From the NCBI GenBank assembly GCA_036336835.1, contig JAYZFK010000094.1:1-64000 (forward strand): 64,000 bases of DNA, in the 5' to 3' direction. Below, piece after piece: positions 63,576 to 64,000 of this stretch. Source of the stretch: Myxococcota bacterium (lineage in GTDB: Bacteria; Myxococcota_A; UBA9160; UBA4427). Made by a program: the position numbers and the translations under genes. Positions within the stretch are counted from its first letter, which is position 1, and each line of letters opens with the position of its first letter. The notes below the pieces were generated by a model, which made no database searches, was not told the origin of the DNA, and was given only the letters and a program-made list of their open reading frames with translations.

Positions 63576-64000
63576 CTAGCGAGCGCGTTCGAAGGCTTGC
63601 CGTGAGATGGGTCCCGTGAGCGCACCGAGCGGCTCACGGACCCACCAGGCGCCGTCCGCCTGTGGCTCGCCCCAGCGGCTGAAGCGGTAGCGGTAGACGA
63701 CGAAGCGAAGCTCGTCGGGGGGCGCGTCGCCGAAGGGACCGTCGGCGAGCAGTGCTCGGACCTCGCGGCTCCCTTCCAGCAGGCGGTGAGCGAGCGGAAG
63801 CAACCAGTTCTCGTGGCGCCGCGGGTTGAGCGCGGCAAACCACATCTGCCAATCGAGACGCGGCTGGTGGGGCGCCACGAAGCGCGGGGCCTCGCCGGGC
63901 GGACCTGCCTTCCAGCGGAAGCGATATTCGACCCAGTCGCCGCCCGCTCGACGACCCTCGATGGCGATCTCCGGGCGCTCAGTCGACATCGTGCGGAACA
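63576..64000 (-). CDS. Lipase maturation factor family protein (3' part; starts beyond window)
   Basis: RPEIAIEG, EYRFRWK.G, APHQPRLDWQMWFAAL, YRYRF. Confidence 0.85.
   Translation of the reverse strand, partial: FRTMSTERPEIAIEGRRAGGDWVEYRFRWKAGPPGEAPRFVAPHQPRLDWQMWFAALNPRRHENWLLPLAHRLLEGSREVRALLADGPFGDAPPDELRFVVYRYRFSRWGEPQADGAWWVREPLGALTGPISRQAFERAR

Noticed and set aside
1..64000. CRISPR arrays, tRNA/rRNA/tmRNA/RNase P/SRP genes, IS elements, integrases, prophage
   Set aside because: No regularly spaced repeats, recognisable RNA signatures or mobile-element proteins seen by eye. A covariance-model scan would be needed to exclude divergent RNAs.

Overview
GC-rich (roughly 70% by eye), gene-dense bacterial chromosomal segment with about 58 CDSs. 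The gene repertoire suggests a Myxococcota/deltaproteobacterial-type genome, which is an inference. It includes many lipid/aromatic catabolic enzymes, GT-C-type membrane glycosyltransferases, a secretin and scpAB-rluB. I found no rRNA, tRNA, CRISPR array, transposase, integrase or prophage. The left half is mostly acyl-CoA/oxygenase metabolism: a P450, two PhyH, TauD, LLM, an SCP2-type thiolase, HADH, CoA-transferase, a Mo-oxidoreductase, a carboxyltransferase and CitE. The right half holds envelope and housekeeping genes plus a second P450. Most notable anomalies: (1) an internally deleted indolepyruvate oxidoreductase; (2) an in-frame TGA in an otherwise intact carboxyltransferase; (3) an orphan secretin with a C-terminal SPOR-like domain; (4) a stand-alone T4 Imm-like superinfection-immunity gene; (5) a tightly coupled SRAP-DUF3311-SSS-prlC-ATL-(78-aa acidic unknown)-tRNA nucleotidyltransferase operon; (6) a 28-aa hydrophobic micro-ORF; (7) a double inverted TetR operator; (8) widespread apparent leaderless promoters. 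No complete novel system can be proven from sequence alone. All product calls come from motif recognition, not database searches.
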